In this document: piece by piece, positions 1 to 11,989 of the stretch | Numbering within the stretch: the first letter of the stretch is position 1 | How the letters are laid out: the number at the start of each line of letters is the position of its first letter | NCBI GenBank assembly: GCA_950097015.1 | Contig: CATNEN010000037.1 | Span: forward strand, 1,488,001 to 1,552,000 | Reading direction: 5' to 3' | DNA from: Macrostomum hystrix | Lineage: Eukaryota; Animalia; Platyhelminthes | DNA: 64,000 bases | The notes under the pieces: generated by a model | The model's database searches: none | Told to the model about the DNA's origin: nothing | What the model saw: only the letters and a program-made list of their open reading frames with translations | Made by a program: the position numbers and the translations under genes

Positions 1-1849
1 TATATAAACTATAAGGCGACTTAGTAGTTATCAGTTACGGTTACTGTTACTGTTGGCATTGTTAAATTATGTTGTTATTCAGTTTTATATTCTAGAATCT
101 AGACTGATTACTGTCATTTACTTTACCGCATGCCTCATCAGTTAATCAGTTTGTATGTTCGCTCTGTGTCTAAGGAAGAAACTGTATCCAATTCAGTTTT
201 TTATTTAAGCTTCGCAAATGCTCCATGTTCTAATTGTAAAAACATATTTTTTTCTATGGTCTTTTCATAGCTTGCCTGCTTAGGCAGCTACCCTAGCTAG
301 GTAGGCCTAACATATTTCAACAACGATAGTTGGCAGTAAAAATTTCAATAGGCCTAGGCAATAGTCATTAGGCCTAGTCAGACTCAAATGCATTGGGCCT
401 AGCCTAATCTGTATATTTATATAGGGCCTAGTAAATAGTATAATAAAGCTTGCTTTTTTGATTCATTAAAACTCAAATTGTATTATGCAATGTATGTAAT
501 ACAATGATTTGGTTGATGTCTTACATAGCAGTCTAAATGAATGAACAAACTGCCTAGCCTAATCAGTGTAAACTCTAGCAAAATTATTCATTGCTGTATT
601 ATATAAATAATTGATGATCATTAAAAAACATTAAAAAACCAAGTGTAGGCCTAAGTAAAGTATATTCTAAAAAAGATGCTTCACTGTCTAAAATTTTATT
701 TAAAAAGTCAAAATTGTGCTTTTGCTTGTTTAAATGTACAAATAAAAAATATATAACATATAGGCCTAATATTATTAATAATATGAAAATTACAAATTTT
801 AACAAACAGTTTACTGTGTATAGGCCTATAAGCAATTGTAAATGTTAGTGAAAGAGCAACTTGATTTACTCATATTCAGATAATTCACAGATATGCTATA
901 GGTCTTAAGTTATATTGTTTTATTATTTTATTTATTATTTAGTTTTTATTTATTTATTTGTTTGTTTTATTGTTTTATTAAAGTCATATTGTTTTAGACT
1001 CAAAGTGTCTAGGTGAAACTGAAGCCCCGCACAAATCATTATCAATTACATAGCATTTAAATTGAATGTTGATAGGCCTAATTTCATCAACTGCCATTTT
1101 TATCAATTATATTGACATAAAGATATAACACTGAAATAGAACAGTTGTATCTGTTATAATGATACTCTGTTTTAGAGCCTCTGTTTACTCTGTTTTATAT
1201 AATTTAAATCTCCAAAGTAAATGAGAATGAATTGACCATATCTTAACTCCTTGCATGTTACATTTCAAATTGTATATGGATTTACTAACATTTGTGTTGA
1301 AAAAGCAGGTAATATATTATGCTGATTAAAACAAGGTTGAGTTGAAATACTGTTTTTAATTTTTATTGTTTTATTGTTTTATTGTTTGCAGTTGTAAAAG
1401 CAAAACAGTGGGACCAAATGAAGTTGTCATTCCCTAGAAGTGATATTACATGGATCCAATTATTTCACCATTTATTCATTGTGGTTTTTAAATGATCAAC
1501 TCTTTTTTGTGATCAAGTTGCAACAGATAACAATTTCATATTTTGGGAAACAACCAATCAGCACTGTTAACTATCTATAATTTAAATAAGGTGATAATGA
1601 CCTTAGCTATTTATTTAAATTAGAATATGAATTTAATTTTAATCAAAGCACTAGTTTGACTGGTCCTCAATTAATTAGATAGATGTATGGTAGAATTACT
1701 ATTCATATTTTTCTTGACTTTTTATATATATTATATAAAGGTTTCATTGTCTGAAACAGAGTAGGCATCATTCAAAAGAAGCTTTTTTGTCAGTTGCGTA
1801 ATTAAAAGTGTAGTCATCTGACTTTGCAGTGTTGAAATTCCAACAAATC

Positions 1850-2359
1850 ATGGCAGAGCAGCAGCTGGAACAGTTAGACTTGGACCAGCTAAGTAAATTT
1901 CGTGCCTTCCTGCAAAACGAACTCTTAGCCGATCTAGAAGCCTGGACAAGACGACGCAATCAGATTGAAGAGGAGGTCAGACGACTTCGCTCAATTCGCC
2001 AGACAGTTGACGACTTGCTTGCCTCTTCGCGTTCCAGTCACCCGGGCCAGCCTAAGTCTGTAGAATTGCTGGGCAATCTTGGCTGCGAGTTCTTTACGCG
2101 AATGCGAGTCAATGTTGGAACCGATGCTAAACCTACGCGCTGCTTGTGCGTCAACATCGGATTGGATGTACACCTGGACATGAGCATTGGCGAGGCTGCT
2201 GCGTTTGCCGATTCTCGCCTGGCTAGCCTAGAATCTGAGCTTGAGGAGGCTGGCGTCAAGATTGGCCAAATCAGGGCCTACACTGCGCTGTTTGCGTACG
2301 GCCTGGCAGCCCTGCCCGGCGGTGGGCCAGTAGAAACTACAGGCGTCACACTCAGTTGA
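1850..2359 (+). CDS. UXT: Alpha-type prefoldin, UXT-like (single exon)
   Basis: ORF has the coiled-coil / beta-hairpin / coiled-coil layout of UXT: 'LSKFRAFLQNELLADL...LGNLGCEFF...CVNIGLDVHLDMSIGEA'. The first ATG is at 1850, just after a tttgcag acceptor ending at 1829. Confidence 0.8.
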   Translation: MAEQQLEQLDLDQLSKFRAFLQNELLADLEAWTRRRNQIEEEVRRLRSIRQTVDDLLASSRSSHPGQPKSVELLGNLGCEFFTRMRVNVGTDAKPTRCLCVNIGLDVHLDMSIGEAAAFADSRLASLESELEEAGVKIGQIRAYTALFAYGLAALPGGGPVETTGVTLS

Positions 2360-2537
2360 CAAGTTTTAAATTTATGAGTTGGTTTATGTGAACATGTATA
2401 AGGTTGCTGCATTTATTATGTCCGTATTATATTGGCATAACTGCTTCTCATAAAACGCGCATAAAAAACACAATTGTGTGTCGAATCATAAAACTCTCGT
2501 TAATGAAATCCTTTTAAATTGACTTTTTTACAGCTGA

Positions 2538-3205
2538 TTACATCAGCTGACAATTACATCCTAGCTCCTTATCAATCAGCTGACAATTACATCCCAGCTC
2601 CTTATCTATCAGCTGACAATTACATCCCAGCTCCTTATCTATCAGCTGACAATTACATCCCAGCTCCTTATCTATCAGCAGACAATTACATCCCAGCTCC
2701 TTATCTATCAGCTGACAATTACATCCCAGCTCCTTATCTATCAGCTGACAATTACATCCCAGCTCCTTATCTATCAGCTGACAATTACATCCCAGCTCCT
2801 TATCTATCAGCTGACAATTACATCCCAGCTCCTTATCTATCAGCTGACAATTACATCCTAGCTCCGTATCTATCAGCTGACAATTACATCCCAGCTCCTT
2901 ATCTATCAGCTGACAATTAAATCCCAGCTCCTATCAATCAGCAGACAATTACATCCCAGCTCCTTATTAATCAGCTGACAATTACATCCCAGCTCCTTAT
3001 CTATCAGCTGACAATTACATCCCAGCTCCTTATCTATCAGCTGACAATTAAATCCCAGCTCCTTATCTATCAGCTGACAATTAAATCCCAGCTCCTATCA
3101 ATCAGCAGACAATTACATCCCAGCTCCTTATTAATCAGCTGACAATTACATCCCAGCTCCTTATCTATCAGCTGACAATTACATCCTAGCTCCTTATCTA
3201 TCAGC
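2538..3205. repeat. 33-bp minisatellite (cagctgacaattacatcccagctccttatctat)n
   Basis: Unit read directly; it explains the SADNYIPAPYL repeat ORF. It lies between UXT and the WASP-like gene. Confidence 0.95.
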
Positions 3206-3620
3206 CGATAGTTACCATCAGATCTAGATCTAGTGCTGCTAGGAGCTAGGGAGCTAGTAGCTGAGGCTAAAATGTCAAAATAAATGATGGTTATGGTTAC
3301 AGTATTGTGTGCGTGCTTGTATTATTTTAAAGTATCATTTGTTTTTGTTCTACGGGCTCGTAAGCAGATTTATAGTTTGTATAGAAAGTGCATTTTTCTA
3401 GCTTGGTTTAGGGCCATATCAATATGTTGTTTGTGTTATTTTACTTGATAAAGTTATCTTAAGTAATTAATTATAAATATAAATAATATTTTTTTTCTTG
3501 GCTGCCTTCTATTTTCTAAACTTACAGAGTTTTTTAAAGTACAAGTAGTTTTGAATACATTCTTAGTTCACTTCGATACGCGCTACTTATAGTAATACGA
3601 ATTCGTGTGAAAATTTGCAG

Positions 3621-5490
3621 GCTGCCTCCAGCGGCAGGGATAGCCACAGCTTTACAGAGCTGCTGACAGCCAGCGAGCAGGCCAGCTTAGCGGCCAGCCT
3701 GTCTAGCAGTGGCGGCCAGTGCGTAGCTAGCGCTGTGGCCCAACTCTATCGTGGCCAGGAGGCTCCACCAAGCCGTTGGGTGCCGTTAGCCACGGGAGTT
3801 ATTTGCTTTGTTAAACAGCGTCCCGGCAATAAATTCTCGTTGAAATTCTTCGACATGGACGCTATCGATAAGCAGGGCTGGCCAGCCATTCTGCTAGACC
3901 AGCCTCTCTATCCTGGCCTGCAGTTTCACAGCGCCTATGACTTCTTTCATCATTTCGAAGCGGAGGATTTCGTTGTCGGCTTCTGCTACGCCGACTGCGA
4001 CGCCGGCTTAGACGACGGAGCTAAACTAGCGCAGTGCGTGAAGATGCAGGCACTCAAGATGGGCCCGCTGAGGCCCGCGGAGCCGTCCTTTCCAGTGTCC
4101 AGGAGTTCCAGCACTATAAAACCCGGCGGATCTGGGGGCGTTGCCGGACTCGGCCGGCGATTGTCGCTTCGACGTGTCAAACCAACTGTGCCAGATTTTA
4201 CTAGCAATAAAATTGTAAGAGCTCCGCTCATAGCTAAGTGCGAATTTGTTTAACTGCCTGCAGACTATTTGGTGATGATCAATCTCGTGTTACAGTTCCT
4301 GTTTAGATATTAAGCTTTGGGGCTTGTCGTGCAATTTATACCCTTGATGGCCAACCTTCAAGGCACAGTGAGGGTGTTCTATGCTTGAGAAAGTCAGGGC
4401 AGATGTACACACCTGTGTGAGTGTGCTCAGGAGTCAACGAAATGGGCAGACTGTAACGAAATGATGTGCCATTGACCGCAGCCCTCATGCAATTATTATT
4501 ATTATTGGCGCTTTCCAGTCCATGGATTGATCAGCCGTGCGCAGCCTTCAGCGGCAATAGCTGCGGCTGTTCTGGATAGACGTGCACGCACATGTCATGT
4601 TTATGCGCCAATATGAATTCTATTTCACTCCGCAGGCAAAGTCCCTGCGGCCCAGTTCTGAATTTAGCGGCGGAGTCGGCGACGCTCGCTCTTCGTCTCC
4701 ATCCGCTGCCGCTGCCGCGTCGACGAACATCGCGCCAACAAGCCAGAAGCCGGAGCGTCATTATCGTCGCCGTGCTGGCCGACTGCGCCGCAAAGACATC
4801 GGCGCGCCGGAGAATTTTCGCCACGTTCAACACGCCGGTATTGACAATTTACTCGGCGATCTGTCGGAAGCCGCGGCCAGCGGCAGCATCGACAAGTTCA
4901 ACTGGCAGTCGGATCCGGTGCTGTGCAAACTATTCGGCAGTTTAGATGTCAGTTTGCAGGCGAAGTTGGCTGCCAGTCCGTCTGGCTCTTTGGCTCTGGA
5001 TCAGTTCGCGCTCAAGCACGGCGGCATTCAGAATCTGCTGGCCTTGGCTAAATCGCAGGGCTATGGTGATGCAACGCCACCCGCTAATTCCGAGACGCGT
5101 CCGCCGCCGCCGAAGCCGAAGGAGCTGCCGCCGATGCAACTGCAGCAGCAGGAACAGTCGCCAGATAAGCCACGTCGTCCAAGACCTCCACCGCCGCCAG
5201 TTCCAACTGGACCGCCACTTTTGCCTACTTCGACAGCGCCTCCGCCGCCACCGCCACCGCCGCCGCCTCCGCCGCCACCACCGCCGCCGCCAATTTTCTC
5301 TATGCCTAGGCGCCAATCCGATCTGAACTTGAAGTCGCCAACGGGCAGCGGGTGTAAACAGGCTGGCACCGGTGATTTGGCATCGGAATTGCAGAATTAT
5401 CTAATTCAAGTCTACCAGGGCACTCACGGAGCTAAAACTGGCGAGTGCAGCGACTCTGACAGCTCAGACGGCTCTTGGGGAAGCGATTGA
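3621..5490 (+). CDS. WASP: WASP/N-WASP-like actin nucleation-promoting factor; exons 3621-4214 and 4636-5490
   Basis: WH1/EVH1 domain ('CVASAVAQLY...WVPLATGVICFVK...HHFEAEDFVVGFCYAD'), CRIB ('DIGAPENFRHVQHAG'), poly-Pro, and an acidic end with Trp ('SDSDSSDGSWGSD'). Phase-0 GT..AG intron 4215-4635 joins the frames. AATAAA at ~5536. No ATG of its own before the WH1 domain. Confidence 0.85.
4315..4455 (+). mobile_element. SINE family B, internal fragment in the WASP intron
   Basis: 'ggggcttgtcgtgcaattt...gagaaagtcagggcagatgtacac' matches the copies at 27.3-27.6 kb and 31.6-31.9 kb. Confidence 0.75.
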
Positions 5491-6216
5491 TGTGGATTTA
5501 GTGGATTATTTTCATGAAAGGATGTTGCACTCGCAATAAATAAACTTAATTAGATATCTATTAGCAGTGCAGGACTGTGTGATGGCGCCCACGACATCTA
5601 AACTTTTTAAACGCTATTATAAACAGTTTTATACCAAAGACAGAGAGGCGTTACTAATATTCGACCGATTCAATTGCTGATATTGGCACGTGCTTTTTTC
5701 ATTTTACTGCCGCATGTTTTATCAATAACTGTGTTGATTATTTCTCAAAATCGGCCTTCTACAAAGCCAAACTTTTACAATAAAGCAATCTTTAACCTAG
5801 TTTATCTATTCTGATTTGCATGCATTTAACTTACTGATACGGTTGCATACTATTTTTGTCAGTAGTGCCAATTGACTATTTCTCTTTAAACAGTGGCTTT
5901 CATTGTTTGAGTTTGTCTGTTTCCTACAGAATATTTTAAGAATATTTGTTACAGACAGTTTTTCTATAAACGCAACTCAATAGACACTTTATAAGAATAG
6001 AATCTCACAGTGATTTGTCTGTAATTTGTGCTCCTACATTTCTCAAACGATTTATTGTGTTTTGATATTCCCGAATAAATTGCGACGCGTTGGTTTAGTG
6101 ACTGAGCCATTCTTATACGCCGTGATTTAGTTCATTTATTTAGCCACAAATTTTCATAGAAATGACTTCAATCTTTCTCTATTATTTTAGACTTTTAAGT
6201 GTCGAATATTTTTTTT

Positions 6217-9200
6217 CTAGGATGATCGCTTTTCCGGATCGGTGACGCCGTCTTGCTCTGCACCGGGTTGTCCTTCCACCACGCGATTGGTCTCTTCGAA
6301 GAGCTCGTTCTCGATCGCCCTGATCTCTTCTTCGGACAGACCTGTTAAACGAACCATAAAAACCTGTTATGTGACAGTTCTGGCACTGCCTCCCAGCTCA
6401 CTGACAGTTCTGGCACTGCCTCCCAGCTCACTGACAGTTCTGGCACTGCCTCCCAGCTCACTGACAGTTCTGGCACTGCCTCCCAGCTCACTGACAGTTC
6501 TGGCACTGCCTCCCAGCTCGCTGACAGTTCTGGCACTGCCTCCCAGCTCACTGACAGTTCTGGCACTGCCTCCCAGCTCACTGACAGTTCTGGCACTGCC
6601 TCCCAGCTCACTGACAGTTCTGGCACTGCCTCCCAGCTCACTGACAGTTCTGGCACTGCCTCTCATCTTCTCTCATCTCTTACCCAGCCAGTCGTCCATC
6701 CAGGCGGCGGCCTGCCGGTGCGCGTGCAGCAGGAGCTGCTGAATGAGCCGCTGCTGCAGGTAGGCCTCCACCCGGGTCTGCAGGCCCCACACAGGAAAGG
6801 CTGCCCGCACCAGTTTGTAGCAGCAATGGACTGGCTTTGCCCGGCTCTGCCAACCTGGAAGCAGCGGCAATCGGCCTGTCGGTGAGGTCAGCAAGGTCAC
6901 GTCCTGCAAGCCGGTTGTGTGTAATGGGGTTAAGGAGTGGTTACGAGTCAAAAAGTCTACAAAGACTTACGAGTCTACTAAGTACTAAATATTCAATTAG
7001 TAGTCCCTGGCTTACGACTATAACGCGCGGCTAAATATCAAAGGTACCCTCCATTCGATACGAGTTTGCTTCTAATCAAATTTTAATTTACCAATTAGAA
7101 ACGTTCTTTAACATGAAATGCGGGAAATTAGACGATAGATATTTAAACAATTGGACAGTTATTTGTATAATCTGTCAATCGATTTCTCATCTCTCCCGTG
7201 TCCCATCTCTCCCATGTCTCATCTCTTCCGTGTCTCATCTCTCCCATGTCTCATCTCTCCAATGTCTCATCTCTCCAATGTCTCATCTCTCCAATGTCTC
7301 ATCTCTCCCATGTCTCATCTCTCCAATGTCTCATCTCTCCCGTGTCCCAACTCTCCCATGTCTCATCTCTCCCATGTCTCATCTCTCCAATGTCTCATCT
7401 CTCCCATGTCTCATCTCTCCCGTGTCCCAACTCTCCCATGTCTCATCTCTCCAATGTCTCATCTCTGCGTGTCTCATCTCTCCCATGTCTCATCTCTCCC
7501 GTGTCCCATCTCTCCCGTGTCCCATCTCTCCCATGTCTCATCTTTCTCGTGTCCCATCTCTCCCGTGTCCCATCTCTCCCGTGTCCCATCTCTCCCGTGT
7601 CCCATCTCTCCCGTGTCCCATCTCTCCCGTGTCCCATCTCTCCCGTGTCCCAACTCTCCCATGTCTCATCTCTCCCATGTCTCATCTCTCCAATGTCTCA
7701 TCTCTCCCATGTCTCATCTCTCCCGTGTCCCAACTCTCCCATGTCTCATCTCTCCAATGTCTCATCTCTGCCGTGTCTCATCTCTCCCATGTCTCATCTC
7801 TCCCGTGTCCCATCTCTCCCGTGTCCCATCTCTCCCATGTCTCATCTTTCTCGTGTCCCATCTCTCCCGTGTCCCATCTCTCCCGTGTCCCATCTCTCCC
7901 GTGTCCCATCTCTCCCGTGTCCCATCTCTCCCGTGTCCGATCTCTCCCGTGTCCCATCTCTCCCGTGTCCCATCTCTCTCGTGTCCCATCTCTCTCGTGC
8001 CCCATCTCTCCCGTGTCCCATCTCTCTCGTGTCCCATCTCTCTCGTGCCCCATCTCTCCCGTGTCCCATCTCTCCCGTGTCCCATCTCTCTCGTGTCCCA
8101 TCTCTCTCGTGCCCCATCTCTCCCGTGTCCCATCTCTCCCGTGTCCCATCTCTCTCGTGTCCCATCTCTCCCGTGTCCCATCTCTCCCGTGTCCCATCTC
8201 TCCCATGTCTCATCTCTCCCGTGTCCCAACTCTCCCATGTCTCATCTCTCCAATGTCTCATCTCTGCCGTGTCTCATCTCTCCCATGTCTCATCTCTCCC
8301 GTGTCCCATCTCTCCCGTGTCCCATCTCTCCCATGTCTCATCTTTCTCGTGTCCCATCTCTCCCGTGTCCCATCTCTCCCGTGTCCCATCTCTCCCGTGT
8401 CCCATCTCTCCCGTGTCCCATCTCTCCCGTGTCCGATCTCTCCCGTGTCCCATCTCTCCCGTGTCCCATCTCTCTCGTGTCCCATCTCTCTCGTGCCCCA
8501 TCTCTCCCGTGTCCCATCTCTCTCGTGTCCCATCTCTCTCGTGCCCCATCTCTCCCGTGTCCCATCTCTCCCGTGTCCCATCTCTCTCGTGTCCCATCTC
8601 TCTCGTGCCCCATCTCTCCCGTGTCCCATCTCTCCCGTGTCCCATCTCTCTCGTGTCCCATCTCTCCCGTGTCCCATCTCTCCCGTGTCCCATCTCTCTC
8701 GTGTCCCATCTCTCCCGTGTCCCATCTCTCCCATGTCATCAATCATACCTCATCGGCGCGGTACTTCCTTGCATCCAGCTCATCCGCCGCAATGTCGATG
8801 CGAACAATTCGCCTGCGGTCCAGATCCGACTCCGACAGTTGGAAAATCTGCGCGGTAAAGCAGATTTTTTCGTAAAAATCCGGAAATTTGAAATACGCCA
8901 ACAAGCCACTCACATTTTCAATCTCGTCCAAGCCGTCAACAAATTTGGTGTCCACCCGAATGCTCAGTCGAGTGAGTACAGAGCACTGGAAAGTGTGTTT
9001 TGAATATGATTTTCCGATTCGTATCGATCGATCCACTCTGGGCTCTCATTTAGTATTGTTGGCTGCAGTTGCAGATTGGCATTGCCTGCTCTTACCGAGT
9101 ATTCTGAAGAGAATGAGGCGGGCGGGACTAGAAATTACAACAAAAGTACAAATCCTTTAGTAGCTTGGGAAGGAAATGGAAACCTTGGAAAGAAATTGTC

Positions 9201-11084
9201 AATCCTAGATAAGGAAATGGCAATCCTAGATAAAGAAATGGCAATCCTAAATATTGAAATGGCAATCCTAAATATTGAAATGGCAATCCTAGATAAAGAA
9301 ATGGCAATCCTAGATATAGAAATGGCAATCCTAACTATAGAAATGGCAATACTAGATAAAGAAATGGCAATCCTAAATATAGAAATGGCAATACTAGATA
9401 AAGAAATGGCAATCCTAAATATAGAAATTAATGGCAATACTAGATAAAGAAATGGCAATCCTAAATACAGAAATGTCAATCCTAAATATTGAAATGGCAA
9501 TCCTAAATATTGAAATGGCAATCCTAAATATTGAAATGGCAATCCTAGATAAAGAAATGGCAAACCTAAATATAGAAATGGCAATCATAGATAAGGAAAT
9601 GGCAATCCTAAATATTGAAATGGCAATCCTAGATAAGGAAATGGCAAACCTAGATATAGAAATGGCAATCCTAGATAAAGAAATCCTAAATACAGAAATG
9701 GAAATCCCAAATATTGAAATGGCAATCCTAGATAAAGAAATGGCAATCCTAAATATAGAAATGGCAATCCTAGATAAGTAAATGGCAAACCTAGATATTG
9801 AAATGGCAATCCTAAATATTGAAATAGCAATCCTAGATAAAGAAATGGCAATCCTAAATATAGAAATGGCAATCCTAGATAAGGAAATGGCAAACCTAGA
9901 TATTGAAATGGCAATCCTAAATATTGAAATGGCAATCCTAAATATTGAAATGGCAATCCTAAATATTGAAATGGCAATCCTAGATAAAGAAATGGCAATC
10001 CTAAATATAGAAATGGCAATCCTAGATAAGGAAATGGCAAACCTAGATATTGAAATGGCAATCCTAAATATTGAAATGGCAATCCTAGATAAAGAAATGG
10101 CAATCCTAAATATAGAAATGGCAATCCTAAATATTGAAATGGCAATCCTAGATAAAGAAATGGCAATCCTAGATATAGAAATGGCAATCTGAAATATAGA
10201 AATGGCAATCCTAAATATTAAAATGGCAATACTAGATAAAGAAATGGCAATCCTAAATATAGAAATGGCAATACTAGATAAAGAAATGGCAATCCTAAAT
10301 ATAGAAATGGCAATACTAGATAAAGAAATGGCAATCATAAATAAATAAATGACAATGCTAGAAAAGGAAATGGCAATCTCAGTATTACCTGTCCGCGTGT
10401 ACGGGAAATGATTGTACGACTTTTCCAGCACGTAGAGGCCCTCGTTCGGTAAAAGTCGACTTATCCATGCGGCCAAGCGGCTAAAAGTAATATAAAAGGC
10501 AAACGTATTAGATATTTTTCAGCTTTAAAAAACGACACAAATAAGCCGACTCACTTTCCGGGATAAATTCGCTTCTCGCAATACCGGCCCGGACCCAGTT
10601 CTGGCGAGTGGTAAGTCTCGTTCAGCATCACTCTGACACCCTCGGAGGCATGCGACTGCTGCCGGCAGTGCTTGGCTATCATGTAGATCTGGCCCAGTCT
10701 GTACTCCTCTACTGAGCACGGCATTGCGATTCTGTACTCAACCAGCTCAAGAATGTCTGCCGCAGTGGTGGCCGGAGCTGGCACGGAATCTGTGGCTACG
10801 CGGCGGGATTCCAAGTGATTCCAATAAAATGAATCTGACCAATCAGGGCTCTCCAGTTTCCGAGAATGGAGCGGGGTGGGTATGACAGGAGTCTGACCAA
10901 TCAGAAATATCAATTTTGAGGAGTGAGAGGGTTGGGTGTTTAGAGTCTGACCAATCAGGGCTCTTCATTTCAGTTTTCGGGAGTGGAGCGGGGTGGTAGT
11001 TAGGACTCTGACCTATAAGTCCCTCGAGCTGATTATAATTTAAATAACTGCCATAGATAATAAGGCGTGCTTATACTTACCCAT
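6217..11084 (-). CDS. PITPNC1: Cytoplasmic phosphatidylinositol transfer protein (PITPNC1/RdgB-beta); exons 11081-11084, 10555-10795 (or 10789), 10389-10480, 9096-9103, 8914-8985, 8749-8847, 6684-6903, 6217-6341
   Basis: Spliced product reads '...VEYRIAMPCSVEEYRLGQIYMIAKH...YCEKRIYPGNRLAAW...EKSYNHFPYTRTEYSCSVL...CCYKLVRAAFPVWGLQTRVE...HRQAAAWMDDWLGLSEEEIR', colinear with PITPNC1. All junctions are GT..AG and phase-compatible. The first exon is the least certain. Confidence 0.9.
6372..6662. repeat. 30-bp minisatellite in the last PITPNC1 intron
   Basis: (gacagttctggcactgcctcccagctcact)n. Confidence 0.95.
7185..8735. repeat. 16-bp minisatellite in a PITPNC1 intron
   Basis: (ccatctctcccgtgtc)n with variant units and block duplications; it produces the long SHLSRVPSLPCPISPV ORFs. 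Confidence 0.95.
9200..10380. repeat. 21-bp minisatellite in a PITPNC1 intron
   Basis: (gaaatggcaatcctaaatatt)n and variants; MAILNIE/MAILDKE repeat ORFs. Confidence 0.95.
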
Positions 11085-11989
11085 GAAACACGTGGACAAA
11101 TGAAACTTCTAAGGCAATAAAGAAAGTTGGCGTTAGCCGCAAAGCGTGAATGAGGATTTCTAGAATGCGCCAGCAAAAGGCAGATTCTAGGAAAGCTGCC
11201 CTGTCTTATGCCGGGCTGGGAATGCTGAATTTGCTTTTGCCGGCCGGTTTTTCATTCCAAGCTGGAATGGAAAGGAGAGTGGAGGGGGAGAAGGGTCACG
11301 ACTACGGTGGGTGTGAGGTTGGCGCGCACTCAGCGGTTAGGCAAATGTATGTTAGGTATCAATAAACGCAATGAGGAATATCAGCTGAGGCGGGGTGCGG
11401 TCTGTGGAACGACATTGCGGGAGCTCTGAACGCCGTGTGAGAAAAGGATCGCGTGCAATTTTGGGAAAAATATCCCCGAGTGCTTCCTTTTCTCTCTCGC
11501 TTCACGTTTCTTTATCTCAATATTAAGTCAAGCATGAGTGTTCTAAAAATATCAGAAATTTTTATATCAGAAAAAATATATTTCTCTCACCCCTCCACGG
11601 GTCCATGGACTGTACGCCGCTTTCACGCCCGATTGGCCCAATTGGAGCAGTTGCAGTCAATTATGTTATTGCTGATTGATTTCGCAGACTAGACTGCTTT
11701 ACAAACGGCCCATCTTCTGCCCGCTGTCGGGCTGGGCCATAGACGAGAGAAAACTAAAAATCCATGCTACGTCATGAACAGAAACGATTGTATTTAAATT
11801 GTAAAAAGTACAAAAAGAACTACAGTAACTATTTAATAGTCTTGTGGTGCATGACGCGCCGTCTCCACAGTGCATTGGGTAGAAACGACAACCATTTTTC
11901 TCCAACAATCCAGTCGGCAGAACTCCAATTAAGTCCCTTTGTTCGCATTGAACAGCAGATATACTTTTAGGTCGCCACGCTCAACGCAC

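Noticed and set aside
599-835. 78-aa hydrophobic ORF in AT-rich DNA
   Set aside because: Composition follows the AT-rich background, with no motif or splice support.
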